Below are positions 8,084-18,323 of a stretch of 64,000 nt of DNA, one piece after another. The notes under the pieces were generated by a model. That model was given only the letters and a program-made list of their open reading frames with translations, had not been told where the DNA came from and searched no databases. Made by a program: the position numbers and the translations under genes. The stretch covers positions 64,001-128,000 of the forward strand of contig JAOZFI010000041.1 of assembly GCA_027491395.1 (NCBI GenBank). Direction: 5' to 3'. The stretch comes from Thermoproteota archaeon (GTDB lineage: Archaea; Korarchaeota; Korarchaeia; Korarchaeales; Korarchaeaceae). Positions within the stretch are counted from its first letter, which is position 1. Each line of letters begins with the position of its first letter.

Positions 8084-11000
8084 CCGCTCAGCGCCAAGTA
8101 GGTGAGGTATAGAGACCTCACTCTATCCTCCACTATTTCTCTGACCTTCTCCCTCAAGTACTTGGTGTATCTCCTCCAGTCGACCCCACTCCTCTCCTCA
8201 ATCTTACTCACAGACCTCTTGATCTCAACCAAAGCATCTTTTAGAGAGCGCTTTATCCCCCACATTCTCTTCGCTACCTCTTCCAAGGAGACGGGCGAGA
8301 TCCCTAGGAAGTCCTCCACCAATGGTCTCAATTCAACTACCTTTCCCTCGGATCTCAGTCCTTGGAGCACATAGACTAGGGTCTTCTGCCCCAGCATGGT
8401 TAGATCTCTAGTAAGGGAAGCGAAGTCCCAGCATATCAGTGCGAAACCCTCGTTAACGGCTTTCTCCAACCCAGATAGATCATAACTCTGCCCTTCAAAG
8501 AATTCCTTGGCTATCGTCTGGATACCCACATCCTCACCATCGAACACGGCTATAACCCCGAGGGTCACCGCGTCGGAGATGGGCATAACCACAGCATCCA
8601 TCGTCAGGATCTTGTGGGCCCTAGACGGCTTCGGAACGAGAAACTCCCTTCCCTCTAGGATCACAGATATTCTCTGCTTCAACAGGAGATAGCCAAGCGC
8701 CCTCTCGGCGAACTTCATGGCCAGATCCCACCTCAACCCCGAGACCACTAGCTCGTAATGGGCCTGATCATCTATCAGCATCATCAACACTTCAGATAGA
8801 TCGTCTGGCTGGAACCTTTCCACGTCCTTAAGCACCGCTGACCAATCTAACTGCTCGAGAAGACCAGCTGATTCAGGTTCGTGGAGAAGCAAAATTTTCT
8901 TATCCCCGATGTTCGTTACCTCGTAGGCTATTGCATCTATGGGTATCCCCTTCGAGACCCTCATGACCAGCATTAGAGTCGCTAGGCCTATTCTCAGCCA
9001 AGTCAGGTCCTCGCCGGGATCGAGCTCGATCGATAGTCCATAGGTGTAATCCCTATAAACACCCCCGGTGGGTCCTATGACCGGGAGGGACTTGCTCTCC
9101 CTTATGAACAGGGTCTTACCATCTAGGGGGACTGGCCTAACCTTGGAGGAGGTCACCTTCCAGTAGACCCTGTTAGGGACCTTCGTTTTCACTCCGAACC
9201 CGTCGGTGGGAGGATCCACAACGCACACCACCTCACTCCCGATCCTCCCTCTGTAATAATCGTCTATCATGTCCGCTCTCTCTCCCCACTCCGCCTTGGT
9301 CCTCTCGTACTCCTCTATCACGAAGGCGAGCGGATCGAAGGAGTAGATCGTAGAGTAGTTCAGGGGCTCCTCTATTATCCCTGTTATGACCCTCCCCCTC
9401 CTGAGGAAGTCAACCACCACAGAATCGTTGCTATAGTCTATGGATCCCGGCTGAAATCTCTCGACCAAGTCGCAGTGCCCTATGTCTTCCAAGTATCGGA
9501 GATTGCCGTCCTCCCTCAGCGCTCGCTTGAACCCGTAGGGCGGCCCGAACTCATAGAAGTTGAGGTTATCCCAGACCCTCTTCCCACGCTGGGTGAGGCC
9601 TGATGGGGAAATGAGCCCTAACTCCTTTAGGAGATTTATCTCCTCCTGATCCAGTTGATCCCGGAGCCGAGGATGGACGAACTTGTAGAGCCCCTCGAAT
9701 AGTATGGAGTACTTGTTCTTCGGATTGACGAGGGCGACCTCCAGGGGGAGCTGAAGCCACTGCTCCACGGCCTCCACGCCTCTCAGAAGGAGCTCCTTGT
9801 CCCATCTGTACATGGGAAAGATCACCGTCTCCGTCCAACCCAACTCCTCTCTCCTGCCCTTCCTGCCCTCTCTCTGCTTGAATTCGCGGACACTCTCTGG
9901 CATGCCCAAGTGGACTACCCTCACCACCGTTCCGATGTCCAATCCTTGGGATAGCGTTCTGGGGCTTATCAGGACCTTGATCCCTCCCCTCCGAGCCGCT
10001 TCCTCTATCTCCTCCCTCTCCTCCTTAGAAACTAAGTGATGATGAGAGGCGACATCCTCCATTCCAAATTCCGTTTTGAGTCTCCTCTTCAGACTTTCCG
10101 CAGACCTTATGCCCCTAGTGAAGACTAGAGTGACCCCATCGTCCTCGGAGTAGTGGTATATCACCTCAGCCGGATCCATCTCGGGCTGGGGAACTTCAAT
10201 GCCAACGGATCTTAAGAGTTCAACCACTCGATATACATCCCTTTCAAACCTCTTATAATCGGCGATCGCCTCCCTCAGGTCCCCACCTATTGGAAGACTA
10301 AGGAGCTCATCCCTGTACCTCTGAACGACCTCCCAGATCCGCTCCATGTTCTTGCCCAGGACGAGGTAGACCTCGTTTCTCACCCTGAACGGTTTTCCCC
10401 TTATGATCACGGTCTCCCTAGCGTTTATCGACGTCAAACACTCAGCAAGTTCCTCTGGATTCCCCAGCGTCGCGGTGAGGATCACGAATTGGGGGGACTT
10501 CTCCACCAAGAGGGAAATTATCCTCATCATGGAGACTATGAGGGCGAGCTCCCTAGGCCCGTAGAAATCGAGCTCGTCCACCACCAGTAGGTCCATACCT
10601 CTCACGAAGTCAGATAAGTAGGATCCCTTCGTGGCCATCCTCTTTAGATCCGTCATGAAAAAAGCCGGATTCGTTATCAGGAGATCGATATTCGAGATCT
10701 TGGTCCTCAAACCGCTCCTCCCCAACTCCTTGATCAAGATGGTCCTCCTCCTCGCATCTATCACTTGGGAGCTGATGCCCAGCGCCTTGGAGTACTCCTC
10801 GAGCCTCCTTACCTGGTCGTTAGCTAATGCTAGGGTCGGGTATATGGCCAGTGCCCGCTTGCCCTTAGCGGCGTAGAAGAACCAAGCCTCCGTCTTGCCG
10901 CTACCGGTCCCGGAAATCAGGATGACGTTTTTACCCTCCTCCAGTGCCTTGAGAGCTTCGACTTGGTGCGAGTAGAGTCTCATGTCAGCGATCTCCGAGG

Positions 11001-11142
11001 GTTTACCAGGATAGGATCTAAGTGAGGGGGCTAGGTCCCCGAAGGTCAGGTCGATCCTCTCGGGTTTGATCTCTTCCTCTGAATAGGTCCTGTAGTTGTA
11101 ACCTAGGAACTCCAAGAGGGTTGAGGAGGATACGCGAGTCAA
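8077..11142 (-). CDS. SF2 DEAD/DEAH-box helicase (Hrq1/SftH/MrfA-like) with a C-terminal extension
   Basis: LYSHQ Q-motif, SGTGSGKT, YPTLALANDQ, DELD, TAT, QGLDIG, QREGRKGR. Confidence 0.85.
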   Translation of the reverse strand: MTRVSSSTLLEFLGYNYRTYSEEEIKPERIDLTFGDLAPSLRSYPGKPSEIADMRLYSHQVEALKALEEGKNVILISGTGSGKTEAWFFYAAKGKRALAIYPTLALANDQVRRLEEYSKALGISSQVIDARRRTILIKELGRSGLRTKISNIDLLITNPAFFMTDLKRMATKGSYLSDFVRGMDLLVVDELDFYGPRELALIVSMMRIISLLVEKSPQFVILTATLGNPEELAECLTSINARETVIIRGKPFRVRNEVYLVLGKNMERIWEVVQRYRDELLSLPIGGDLREAIADYKRFERDVYRVVELLRSVGIEVPQPEMDPAEVIYHYSEDDGVTLVFTRGIRSAESLKRRLKTEFGMEDVASHHHLVSKEEREEIEEAARRGGIKVLISPRTLSQGLDIGTVVRVVHLGMPESVREFKQREGRKGRREELGWTETVIFPMYRWDKELLLRGVEAVEQWLQLPLEVALVNPKNKYSILFEGLYKFVHPRLRDQLDQEEINLLKELGLISPSGLTQRGKRVWDNLNFYEFGPPYGFKRALREDGNLRYLEDIGHCDLVERFQPGSIDYSNDSVVVDFLRRGRVITGIIEEPLNYSTIYSFDPLAFVIEEYERTKAEWGERADMIDDYYRGRIGSEVVCVVDPPTDGFGVKTKVPNRVYWKVTSSKVRPVPLDGKTLFIRESKSLPVIGPTGGVYRDYTYGLSIELDPGEDLTWLRIGLATLMLVMRVSKGIPIDAIAYEVTNIGDKKILLLHEPESAGLLEQLDWSAVLKDVERFQPDDLSEVLMMLIDDQAHYELVVSGLRWDLAMKFAERALGYLLLKQRISVILEGREFLVPKPSRAHKILTMDAVVMPISDAVTLGVIAVFDGEDVGIQTIAKEFFEGQSYDLSGLEKAVNEGFALICWDFASLTRDLTMLGQKTLVYVLQGLRSEGKVVELRPLVEDFLGISPVSLEEVAKRMWGIKRSLKDALVEIKRSVSKIEERSGVDWRRYTKYLREKVREIVEDRVRSLYLTYLALSGQ

Positions 11143-11147
11143 GGGAT

Positions 11148-11624
11148 CTACCTTTTGGAGATCCTCACCTCTAGGATGCCATTCCTGTATGTGGCCTTTG
11201 TTCTCTTGGGATCTATCTCGATAGGAAGCTGGAACCTCTTGTGGAGATCACCGGCCCTTATGGTGATCTCCCTTCCCTTCACCCTGACCGATATGTCCTC
11301 CTTCCTTATGCCTGGTACATCGGCGACTATTATTATCTCCTCATCAAGCTCGATCACATCAATCCTCTGCTCCTCCAGCTCCAAAGGAGCACCTCCCCCC
11401 TCAACACCCTCACCACCGAGATCACCCGTGTCAGAGGGGTATCCCACATCGAACCCCCCTGAGGGGAGATCCTCGTTCCAACCAGATACATCGCCATTGA
11501 CGAATCTTGAGAGATCCTCATCCATCTTCTTGAGTAGATCTATCATGTCCTTTATGAAGTGATCGAAGGGATCGTCGTAAGGCCTCTTCTTTTTTTCGTC
11601 GCCCAAGGGATTCCCCGCCAACAA
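11148..11624 (-). CDS. Small heat-shock protein, Hsp20 family
   Basis: Alpha-crystallin domain DVIE...ADVPGIRKEDI...ATYRNGILEV. Confidence 0.92.
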   Translation of the reverse strand: MLAGNPLGDEKKKRPYDDPFDHFIKDMIDLLKKMDEDLSRFVNGDVSGWNEDLPSGGFDVGYPSDTGDLGGEGVEGGGAPLELEEQRIDVIELDEEIIIVADVPGIRKEDISVRVKGREITIRAGDLHKRFQLPIEIDPKRTKATYRNGILEVRISKR

Positions 11625-11641
11625 TGAGCCGGAGGACCTAT

Positions 11642-14359
11642 TTAATCACTAACATGGGTGCCCTCATCGACGACCTCGACGGATGACACCTCTCCAGACT
11701 TGCTGACCAGTATGGAGTGGGAGGCTATGTCCCTGAACCTAGGAGAGTGCGTGACCACTATCAGCTGGGGTACATTGAGGGAGGACATGGTTTCAACTAG
11801 TGCATTGATCCTCTCCTCATCTAGGTGAATGGTCGGCTCGTCCAAGAGGAATGTCTCTACCCTCGACATCATGAGAAATCGAGCTATCGCCAGCCTTAAC
11901 GCCAAGGCGAGGGATATCTTCTCCCCACCGCTCAACCTGTCGAAAGAGAACACCGTTCTTCCTCGTTTCAGGCTTGGAGTGAAGTCATCATCCAGCGTCA
12001 CGGAGTCGTATTCGAAGTTAAATGAGCTGAATATGATGTTAAGTTCCTCCTCCACGGCGGGTCTCGCCCTGTCCCTTATCAGAGGCTGGATCCCCCTATC
12101 CCTGCTGAAGACCTCCCTGACCTTGAGGATCTTCAGCCTGAAGGCCTCTAACGACTCTTTCTTCCCCATCAACTCCCTCAATCTGGATTCCTTCTTCTTG
12201 ATAATCTCCGTCCTCTTATCTATCTCCTCAATCTTCCCCCGAATTCGGCTCCTCTTCTGAGTGAGGGAGTTAAGCTTACTCTTCAGGTAATCTATCTCTC
12301 TCTTGATTTTCTCAAGCTCTGAGAGATCGAAGGAAAGCTCTTCTATCTCTCTCTGGATGGACGAAAGTTCTCCTTCCAATTCGAGCTTCCTCTTCTCCAG
12401 TTCTTTCACCTCGGAGGCAAGTCCATCCTTCGTGGACAGGATACCTCTGAGCCTCTGTACCTCCTTCACAGCGGAAAGAGCCTCCCTGTATTTCCCCTCA
12501 ACTGACTCCAGTTGCAAGCCCAAGGACGTGAGCTTCTCTTCTAAATCCTTCTTGAGCCTCTCCAACTTTTCTCTCAATTTATCCACGTCTCTCTCACTCA
12601 GTTCTTCTCTAATTTCCTCTATCCTGATCAGCAGGGCTTCCCTTTCCGCTAGATCCCTCCTGAGGGTCTCTAGTTCGGCCCTCAACGCGCTCAGGCGAGA
12701 CACCTTCTCCCTCAGAGGGAATATCTTCTCCCTGAGTGAGGTAAACTGATCGCTGATCTCCGATATTTCCCTCTCCAAGGACTCAAGCTCATTCTTCTTG
12801 GCGATGATTCCTTCCAAGTTAAAGGAGCTCAGCCCCTTGTATTTCGATAAGATGTTTTCCTTTCTCTCCCTTATGGATCTAAGCTCCCTCTCCTTATCCA
12901 TTATCAGGGAATCTATTTCCCCTATCTCGCGCTCCAATTCGTCCTTCAGCTTCTCCACGGAACTGGGATCTAGCTTGGACCCGCAGAGGGGACATCTGTC
13001 GATATCCCCCTCCAGATCCGAAAGATACCGGAATGCCTGTTCCTTCCTCTGAAGTAATCTCGACCTCTCCTCGATGATACTACTTAATTCCTTATCCAAG
13101 TAGTCCAACTCACCCTCTAACTTGGAAAGTTCCTCGGAGAGGATCCTTTCACCCTCCTCCGGATCCTCTATCCACCTGCCAAGCAGCTCGGACAGGCTTG
13201 AGAGGGCCTCCTTAACCTCACGCCTGTGCTCCACCATCTTGCGCTCTAGCTGAGATCTCTTACTCTCTAACTGCCTGAGACGTTCCTCCATGCCGGCTAG
13301 AAGAACCTCCTCCTGCTGGAGCCTTTCAATTTCCCGGCTGAGTTTGGACACCTTCTCCCTAAGGATGCTCAAAGAGGAGACCCTCTCCTCATACTTCGCG
13401 AGTTCTCGTCGCATCCTCTCTAAACGCCTGACCTCCTCATCTAGCGGAGCGATCTCAGCCAAGAGACCCCTCACGTACTCGAGCTCCTCGTACATGGAAG
13501 CCTTGATCTCCAGATCTCTCATTCTAAGGAGCTCACGCTCCAGATCCATCAATCTCTTCTTCTTAACATCGAACTGTTTCGATACCTCGCTTAGTCTCCT
13601 CCTTAAAGACTCTTCCTTGGTCTTGAGCTCCCTATACTTGAGATTCTTTTGTTCCAAATCCTCTCTAGTTTTCTCCAGCCTCTCCATCTCCCTGTTCAGT
13701 AGTTCCTCCTCCTTTGAAGTTTTCTGGAGATCCTCAAGCAGTTCCTCCTTCTCAGATTCTAGGGATGCTCTCTCTTTGAAGACATCCCCGATACCTTTGA
13801 TCTCACTATCTACCGACTGGAGATCGGCGTCCAAGCGACTTATCACATCCCTCAGCCCCTCCCATATCCTCTCCAGCATCTCTATGCCGAGGAGCCTCCC
13901 CACCAACTCCCTCCTTCTCGAAGGAGTCTGTTCGAGGAGCTGGGCTATCTCGCCCTGCCTGACGTAGATGGCTTGGAGGAATGTCTCTCTGCTTATACCC
14001 AGCAGGGCCTCGATCTGCCTGTTCACCTTACTTTGATCCCTCTGGAGGAGTCTTCTCCCATCTGTCACATCGTGTATGGAGGCCGATGAAATCCCTCCCC
14101 TCTCCCTCTCCCTGATCAGGAGATACCTCCGGCCATCCAGCTCGAACTCGAGTTGAACCCTCATCCTACGCGCGCCGGATCTGATCAGGTTCTCATGCTT
14201 GCCCACGCTCCTAGGATACAGGGCGTAAGCTATCGCCTCCAGTATGGTCGTTTTACCCGCGCCGTTCTCCCCTATTATCGCATTTATCCCGTCCGAGAAC
14301 GTTACCTCTGTCTTCTCGTGCGAACCAAAGTTCTCCATTACTAATCGCTTTATCCTCAT
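11642..14359 (-). CDS. rad50: DNA double-strand break repair ATPase Rad50
   Basis: GENGAGKT, long coiled coils, CPLCG zinc hook, LSGGE signature, LLDEPT, VVTH. Confidence 0.96.
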   Translation of the reverse strand: MRIKRLVMENFGSHEKTEVTFSDGINAIIGENGAGKTTILEAIAYALYPRSVGKHENLIRSGARRMRVQLEFELDGRRYLLIRERERGGISSASIHDVTDGRRLLQRDQSKVNRQIEALLGISRETFLQAIYVRQGEIAQLLEQTPSRRRELVGRLLGIEMLERIWEGLRDVISRLDADLQSVDSEIKGIGDVFKERASLESEKEELLEDLQKTSKEEELLNREMERLEKTREDLEQKNLKYRELKTKEESLRRRLSEVSKQFDVKKKRLMDLERELLRMRDLEIKASMYEELEYVRGLLAEIAPLDEEVRRLERMRRELAKYEERVSSLSILREKVSKLSREIERLQQEEVLLAGMEERLRQLESKRSQLERKMVEHRREVKEALSSLSELLGRWIEDPEEGERILSEELSKLEGELDYLDKELSSIIEERSRLLQRKEQAFRYLSDLEGDIDRCPLCGSKLDPSSVEKLKDELEREIGEIDSLIMDKERELRSIRERKENILSKYKGLSSFNLEGIIAKKNELESLEREISEISDQFTSLREKIFPLREKVSRLSALRAELETLRRDLAEREALLIRIEEIREELSERDVDKLREKLERLKKDLEEKLTSLGLQLESVEGKYREALSAVKEVQRLRGILSTKDGLASEVKELEKRKLELEGELSSIQREIEELSFDLSELEKIKREIDYLKSKLNSLTQKRSRIRGKIEEIDKRTEIIKKKESRLRELMGKKESLEAFRLKILKVREVFSRDRGIQPLIRDRARPAVEEELNIIFSSFNFEYDSVTLDDDFTPSLKRGRTVFSFDRLSGGEKISLALALRLAIARFLMMSRVETFLLDEPTIHLDEERINALVETMSSLNVPQLIVVTHSPRFRDIASHSILVSKSGEVSSVEVVDEGTHVSD

Positions 14360-15543
14360 GATCCCTCCTCCATGAGGCCGAGAACCCCATTGACGAACGC
14401 CTCTCCCCTCTTGCCCTCCCTGTACCAGAGATCGAAGATCCTCAGGGCCAGAGCTCTCACCTCTTGGTCCAGATCTAGAGATGCTACTGCGTTCTGGACC
14501 AGCTCCTCCAAGCCAACTCCGGTGAGGAGACCCTTCTCCTCACCCTCCTCAGTGATTCTGCTCTCCCTGACGATCACGTAGAGAGAGAGGTCCATTAGAG
14601 CCCTCCTGATCTCGAGAGTAGGCATGCCCGGCCTCACGTCTCCCTTCAACGAGAGCTTTCCATACACCACGGGCCTCTCATCGAACTCTTGGGACGTTAA
14701 CTGCTTTTTCAATCCCTCTATCAGGACGTATAGGTCTTGGGTATTGATCAGGGTCTCTGAGAAGTACAGGAAAGGCCTAGTACTCAACCTCAACTCCTCC
14801 ATTTCGATGCAGCCCTTGTCGATCTTCACGGAAAGCACGTACTTCCCCTCTCCAGCTAGGGGGATCTCCCTGGTCTCTATGACCTCCGTGGATCCCGAAT
14901 AGGCGAATATCCTTTTACCACTCCTCCTGACCACCTTATTATGGTAGTGACCCATGGCGACGTAGTCGAAGGAACTCTTGGCTATCTCGGAGAAATCGAC
15001 TTCCGGATAGATGGCTTTTATCATCCCTCTTACGCCCTGATGGAGCATCAAAACCTTGGGACAGCTCTCACAGAGATTCTTGGCTTTTCTGTCTAAGCTC
15101 TCTACTGTGTCAGCTATCTTGACTCCCCTGCTGGCGTAGGGGGCGCCAGCCACCACTACATCACCGATCCTGACCGCGCCGGGCCCCAGTCTCACGAAAA
15201 GCTTCCCGTACCCTAACCTCTCGAAGAGCTTCCTCAGGTTTATCAGAGGTGAGGCTATCCTCTTCCTGACGGTATCCGGTCCCAGTTCGTGGTTCCCTTC
15301 TACTATCGCGATGGGTATGTCTCTCTCCACTATCCTCAGCAAGCCCTCGAAGGCCCTAACGAAGGCCCTGGGATGGGGTCTGTAGCTGTCGAAAAGGTCT
15401 CCGGTATGTATCACAAGATCAGGATCCTGCTGGAGCGCCAGATCTACAGCCATGTCGAACGCCTTGTAGAGGTCCTCCTCCCTCTCGGCCAGATGGAACT
15501 GGGCCTTCCCGAGGTGATTATCGGACATGTGGACTATCCTCAA
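14356..15543 (-). CDS. mre11: DNA double-strand break repair nuclease Mre11
   Basis: SDNHLG, TGDLFD, GNHE, LHQG, GHYH metallophosphoesterase motifs; probable TTG start at 15543, right after the herA stop. Confidence 0.93.
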   Translation of the reverse strand: MRIVHMSDNHLGKAQFHLAEREEDLYKAFDMAVDLALQQDPDLVIHTGDLFDSYRPHPRAFVRAFEGLLRIVERDIPIAIVEGNHELGPDTVRKRIASPLINLRKLFERLGYGKLFVRLGPGAVRIGDVVVAGAPYASRGVKIADTVESLDRKAKNLCESCPKVLMLHQGVRGMIKAIYPEVDFSEIAKSSFDYVAMGHYHNKVVRRSGKRIFAYSGSTEVIETREIPLAGEGKYVLSVKIDKGCIEMEELRLSTRPFLYFSETLINTQDLYVLIEGLKKQLTSQEFDERPVVYGKLSLKGDVRPGMPTLEIRRALMDLSLYVIVRESRITEEGEEKGLLTGVGLEELVQNAVASLDLDQEVRALALRIFDLWYREGKRGEAFVNGVLGLMEEGS

Positions 15544-15545
15544 GT

Positions 15546-17162
15546 TTACCCCCCTATGGAGTCGTAGTACTCGTCGGTAGATGCGCTCAACCTCTTCCTC
15601 AGGCCTTCCCTCCACATCTCATAGGCTTTCAGGCTCTCCCCTCCCCTCTTCCCCTCGAACAGCCTCACCTTGACTAATGCTGGTATCCTCACCATAGGCC
15701 CCACCACCACGGCCTCGCCCACATCGAGGGAGGGCAGATAGGAGACCATCTCCTCGCTCAGGAACTCGGTTGCCCTCCTCACGTATGCCTGGTCTTCGGG
15801 TTCCACGACCCTCAGTATTATCTTGTTGACCATCTGGGAGAGGACATCGGAGTTGAGCCTCTTGGGCCTCTGACTGACGAGGCACAGACCGACCCCGAAC
15901 TTCCTGCCCTCCTTGGCTATAGATGCAGCAGCTGACGACGTGTAGGTATGCTCCACCGATGGTATGAGGGCGTGAGCCTCTTCCAAGACCGCGAAGACTG
16001 GTGTTGGAAAGTCCTCGTACCCCTTCTGTATCCTCTTCAGCTTCGCCCTCATGAGGATGGTATATAAGGTCTTCCCCACCACGACGTCGGTGAGATCCGA
16101 ATCCAAATGACCTAGATCCACTATTACCAACTTCCCGTAGTTCAGGTGGTCCACCAGTTCGCCGGCAGCCGGCCTGAGGACCCTCCCGTACTTCGACCTC
16201 ACGAAGTCCACCTTAGCTAGGAGGCTCTCGACGCTCCCCCTGTCGCTGCTAGGAAATGCTATGAGAAATCTATCATCGGAATCCTTCTCCCTTAAGGACA
16301 GCTGTATTATGGCCTGCATACCGGCCAGGAAGTTATCCATCTCAGCTTCGATCTCAGCCCTCCTCAGGTACTCTCCAAGCCTTTCCCTGATGAGGAGCTC
16401 CTTTGCCCTCTTGTAAGCGGCCTTCAGGTAGATGAACTGCTTGGGTGCATTATCGTAGGTAACTCCCAGCAGACCACCTAGCTCCTCGACTGTGAGAGTG
16501 TTGGGATCTAGGACGGGATCCACTGTCTCTACCTCGCAGTGGGGACATCCGAACGTCATGCCCGTATACTCCGAGTGCACATCGAACAGTATGGCTACTC
16601 CTCCCATCCTGACTATCTCCTCCAAGATTACGGCCACCGAGTTGGACTTACCGCCACCAGTAACGGCCAGCACGGCTAGATGCCTAGAGATAAGCTCATC
16701 TGGATCCAAATGGACGACTACATCGCCCCTCGTCAGGAGATTCCCCAGCTTTATCCCCTCTCTACCCTCAGGAGGGGCGAAGATCCTTCTCAAGAGGTCT
16801 GCCGGGGCCTTCCTCACGAGAGCCCCCGTTGGAGGAGGCGCCCTAGGGAGGCCAGCTAAATCGCTTCCCGAGAGCACCCCTATCATTCTTATGGTCGCCT
16901 TCAACCAGTCGGATGGTGATCCCACCACTTCAAGTATCGTATCGTAGTAGTTCGCTTGGAGGAGATCACTCCTAGCCAGCTCCAACGCCCCCCTAACCAC
17001 GTTACTGATCATACCCATCAGTTGGGACTCCTCGCTGTCTATCACAACGTAGTCCCCCACCTTGGGCACCACACCAGCATAGGCTATCATCTCGGCCTGC
17101 ACGGGCGTGGAGTTAGGAGCGATTCTCCCCAAAACGTCACTCTCCAATTCTCTCCCTCCCAC
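15546..17162 (-). CDS. herA: HerA bipolar helicase/translocase
   Basis: N-terminal HAS barrel, RHLAVLAVTGGGKS, FDVHSEY, EEAH, EGRKFGVG, SQRP. Confidence 0.95.
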   Translation of the reverse strand: MGGRELESDVLGRIAPNSTPVQAEMIAYAGVVPKVGDYVVIDSEESQLMGMISNVVRGALELARSDLLQANYYDTILEVVGSPSDWLKATIRMIGVLSGSDLAGLPRAPPPTGALVRKAPADLLRRIFAPPEGREGIKLGNLLTRGDVVVHLDPDELISRHLAVLAVTGGGKSNSVAVILEEIVRMGGVAILFDVHSEYTGMTFGCPHCEVETVDPVLDPNTLTVEELGGLLGVTYDNAPKQFIYLKAAYKRAKELLIRERLGEYLRRAEIEAEMDNFLAGMQAIIQLSLREKDSDDRFLIAFPSSDRGSVESLLAKVDFVRSKYGRVLRPAAGELVDHLNYGKLVIVDLGHLDSDLTDVVVGKTLYTILMRAKLKRIQKGYEDFPTPVFAVLEEAHALIPSVEHTYTSSAAASIAKEGRKFGVGLCLVSQRPKRLNSDVLSQMVNKIILRVVEPEDQAYVRRATEFLSEEMVSYLPSLDVGEAVVVGPMVRIPALVKVRLFEGKRGGESLKAYEMWREGLRKRLSASTDEYYDSIGG

Positions 17163-18264
17163 TCACCTCCGGAACTAGGAGGTTCCTCGCTAGGTGGGAC
17201 ATGAGATCTCTCCCTATCTTGGCGAGCTCGTGTACCCTCCTAAGGTGATAAGGGTACCCCCTCACAGAGTATCTAGCTAGAGAACCCAGCAGCTCTTCCA
17301 AGAACGATTCATCAGCATCCCCGAGTACCTCCACCCTCAGCGGGTTGGTAGCCCTCTCGAGCCTAGCGTAGGTCAACGTGATCCGGTAGGTATCTTCGAT
17401 TCCCGAGTACTCAGGGAATCGAAGTTCGGCTGACTTAGGGCTCAGGTAGCCAGATTCCAGGCTGGTATATCTCCTCACAACCTCCATATCTGGTAGGCGC
17501 GAGTTAAAGTAGAGCCTGCTGCCTGATCTCTTCGCCACAGCCACCAGAATACCCCCTCCTCTCCTCAGAAGTTCGTTCAGGCTGGAGAGCATCTCGTACC
17601 TTTCTATGAAGGCCATCGTCCTCCTAACCTCGTCCCTCTCGGGCGGTCTCCCCTTCTCATCCTCCAGCACCGAGGTCACGATCTCCTCTATCATGCTCGA
17701 GATGTCCATGAGGTGCGTGTGGGAGAGCAGTCCTTGGGTGAGATCCACGCCCAAGGCCGACTCAACCTCCCTCAAGATCCTCCTCATGGGGTAGGGCACC
17801 TTCTGACCGTAAGGAGTGGACCACAACCCCCTGTCGACCATGGCCAAGAAGGAGCCATCCATGAGCAGGATCTCCGGCTCTAGCTCTAAGGATCTGAGGG
17901 CCATCTTGATCTCCATGGTCTCTCGGCAGAAGGAGACCCTCTCCCTGTAGTGATAGTCGTCCATCACCCCTATCTGGTACTTTCTACCGATCACAGGCTC
18001 GCTATCCTTCATGAAGAGGGAAGCTGAGACCACGAAGATCACCTGGCCTAGGGTGAGGTAGTCGCTGTTGTTGCTCCCATCGACGGCAGCTATCCTCTCC
18101 ATCTTCCCCCGCCCTATACCGCTCCTCCACTCCCTTCTTATCACCGAGAGCAGGGCGTCACCTTCCACTCCGCTTTTCGGGAAGAGAAAGGAGGACACCC
18201 GTGATCTGGCCTCGATCAATGCCTCCTCTATTGACTCAAAGGGCAGCCCTGACTCAACCACCAT
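17137..18264 (-). CDS. nurA: NurA 5'-3' nuclease
   Basis: AAVDGS, LMDGS, VAKRS, GYPYHLRRVHELAKI; first gene of the herA-mre11-rad50 operon. Confidence 0.92.
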   Translation of the reverse strand: MVVESGLPFESIEEALIEARSRVSSFLFPKSGVEGDALLSVIRREWRSGIGRGKMERIAAVDGSNNSDYLTLGQVIFVVSASLFMKDSEPVIGRKYQIGVMDDYHYRERVSFCRETMEIKMALRSLELEPEILLMDGSFLAMVDRGLWSTPYGQKVPYPMRRILREVESALGVDLTQGLLSHTHLMDISSMIEEIVTSVLEDEKGRPPERDEVRRTMAFIERYEMLSSLNELLRRGGGILVAVAKRSGSRLYFNSRLPDMEVVRRYTSLESGYLSPKSAELRFPEYSGIEDTYRITLTYARLERATNPLRVEVLGDADESFLEELLGSLARYSVRGYPYHLRRVHELAKIGRDLMSHLARNLLVPEVSGRERIGE

Positions 18265-18323
18265 TCCAGCTAACTCACGACTGCTAAATTTTAACGTGTT
18301 CCAGTGATTACCTAGGGGATAAT

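Noticed and set aside
11829-13967. Long Ser/Leu-rich + strand ORFs opposite rad50 (and similar ORFs opposite pspA, the coiled-coil gene and the HEAT gene)
   Set aside because: Antisense shadows of Glu/Arg/Lys-rich genes; no independent motifs
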